NCBI RefSeq assembly: GCF_001194135.2
Contig: NC_068985.1
Location: forward strand, 70,330,839 to 70,383,509
Origin: Octopus bimaculoides
Lineage: Eukaryota
Direction of reading: 5' to 3'
Length of the DNA stretch: 52,671 nucleotides
The position numbers and the translations under genes were made by a program. How positions within the stretch are numbered: position 1 is the first letter of the stretch; each line of letters starts with the position of its first letter. Below, in pieces: positions 51,920-52,671 of this stretch. The notes under the pieces were generated by a model that worked only from the letters and a program-made list of their open reading frames with translations, was not told the origin of the DNA and made no database searches.

Positions 51920-52671
51920 TCAGGTCATCCCATAAGTTCTGTTCGAATTTGGAATAAATTGATCAAACGTTATATTTTATTGAAATTTAATCATCAATGT
52001 ACTTTCCTTAATTGTTTATGACTTCCTTCCATCTATTTACAAGCTTGTTTAATTCTGTCAATGTAAAACTCTTAATTTCAATGCGAAGAACTCTGAAATG
52101 TCAGTTTCGACCTCCTCCTGGCTTGTGAAATTATGTCCCACAAATGATTCTGTAAACTACGAAAGACATGGTAGTCTGAAGGAGCAAGGTCGGGAGAATA
52201 AGGGGGATGAGGTATTTTTTCCCAACCAAGCTCTTCGATCTTCTGTGATTGGATCTTTGCAGTGTGGGGTCGTGCATTGTCCTGAGAAAACATCACTCCT
52301 TTTCGATTCACTAAATCGGGTATTTTTTCTTCTTCAAAGCTTAATTCAAATGTTGTAATTGCTGACAGTAGACTTGAGCATTGATTGTTGCATTAGGTGG
52401 TAACAATTCAAAGTGAATTATTCCTTTGCAATCGCACCAGAGAGAGAGAAGAACCGTTTTTTCTATGAAATTCCGTTCTCGGTTGTGGTTGAGCGTTTTT
52501 CTCTTTTACCAAGCCACTGTTTACCACGTTTAACATTTCGATAGAAGATCCATTCTTCGTCACCAGTCACATGTCTATCCAAAATGGGTGAAATGAGTTC
52601 GCGAGAATGGAGAGAAGAGCAGATGTCCACTCGAGATTTGCTGGTGCTTTCGGACAATTCATGAGGCACCC
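51920..52671 (-). mobile_element. mariner (DD34D) transposon, 3' part with terminal inverted repeat; transposase pseudogene continues past the window
   Basis: TGDEEWIFY, QDNARPH and YSPDLAPSDY with exactly 34 residues between the second and third catalytic Asp. C-terminus ...KYIDD* at ~51987. TA then TCAGGTCATCCCATAAGTTC at 51918-51939. Frameshifted. Confidence 0.95.

Overview
Gene-poor, AT-rich eukaryotic DNA, dense in microsatellites, with 12 N-gaps that nearly all sit in simple repeats. The mix of SINEs and (TA)/(CA)/(ATC)/(GATA) repeats suggests an octopus short-read assembly (inference). I found no intact host protein-coding gene, and almost all long ORFs in the track are microsatellite or N-gap artefacts. 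Recognisable content is decayed mobile DNA: a 5'-truncated L1/Tx1-clade LINE (-, ~8.5-10.7 kb), a Penelope-like element with RT and C-terminal GIY-YIG (+, ~45.9-49.6 kb), a DD34D mariner (-, 51.9 kb to window end), CR1-type and probable R4/Dong-type fragments, a TTAA-flanked MITE and about 9 tRNA-derived SINEs. Best leads: (1) a SINE whose last 41 nt match the Tx1 3' tail at 35/41 ungapped; (2) a hammerhead-ribozyme motif at the 3' end of the Penelope-like element, plus dispersed degenerate relatives; (3) an apparently in-frame N/Q/S-rich linker inside the Penelope ORF; (4) a perfect 52-bp inverted repeat and two further fold-back structures. All alignments were done by eye and no database searches were run.
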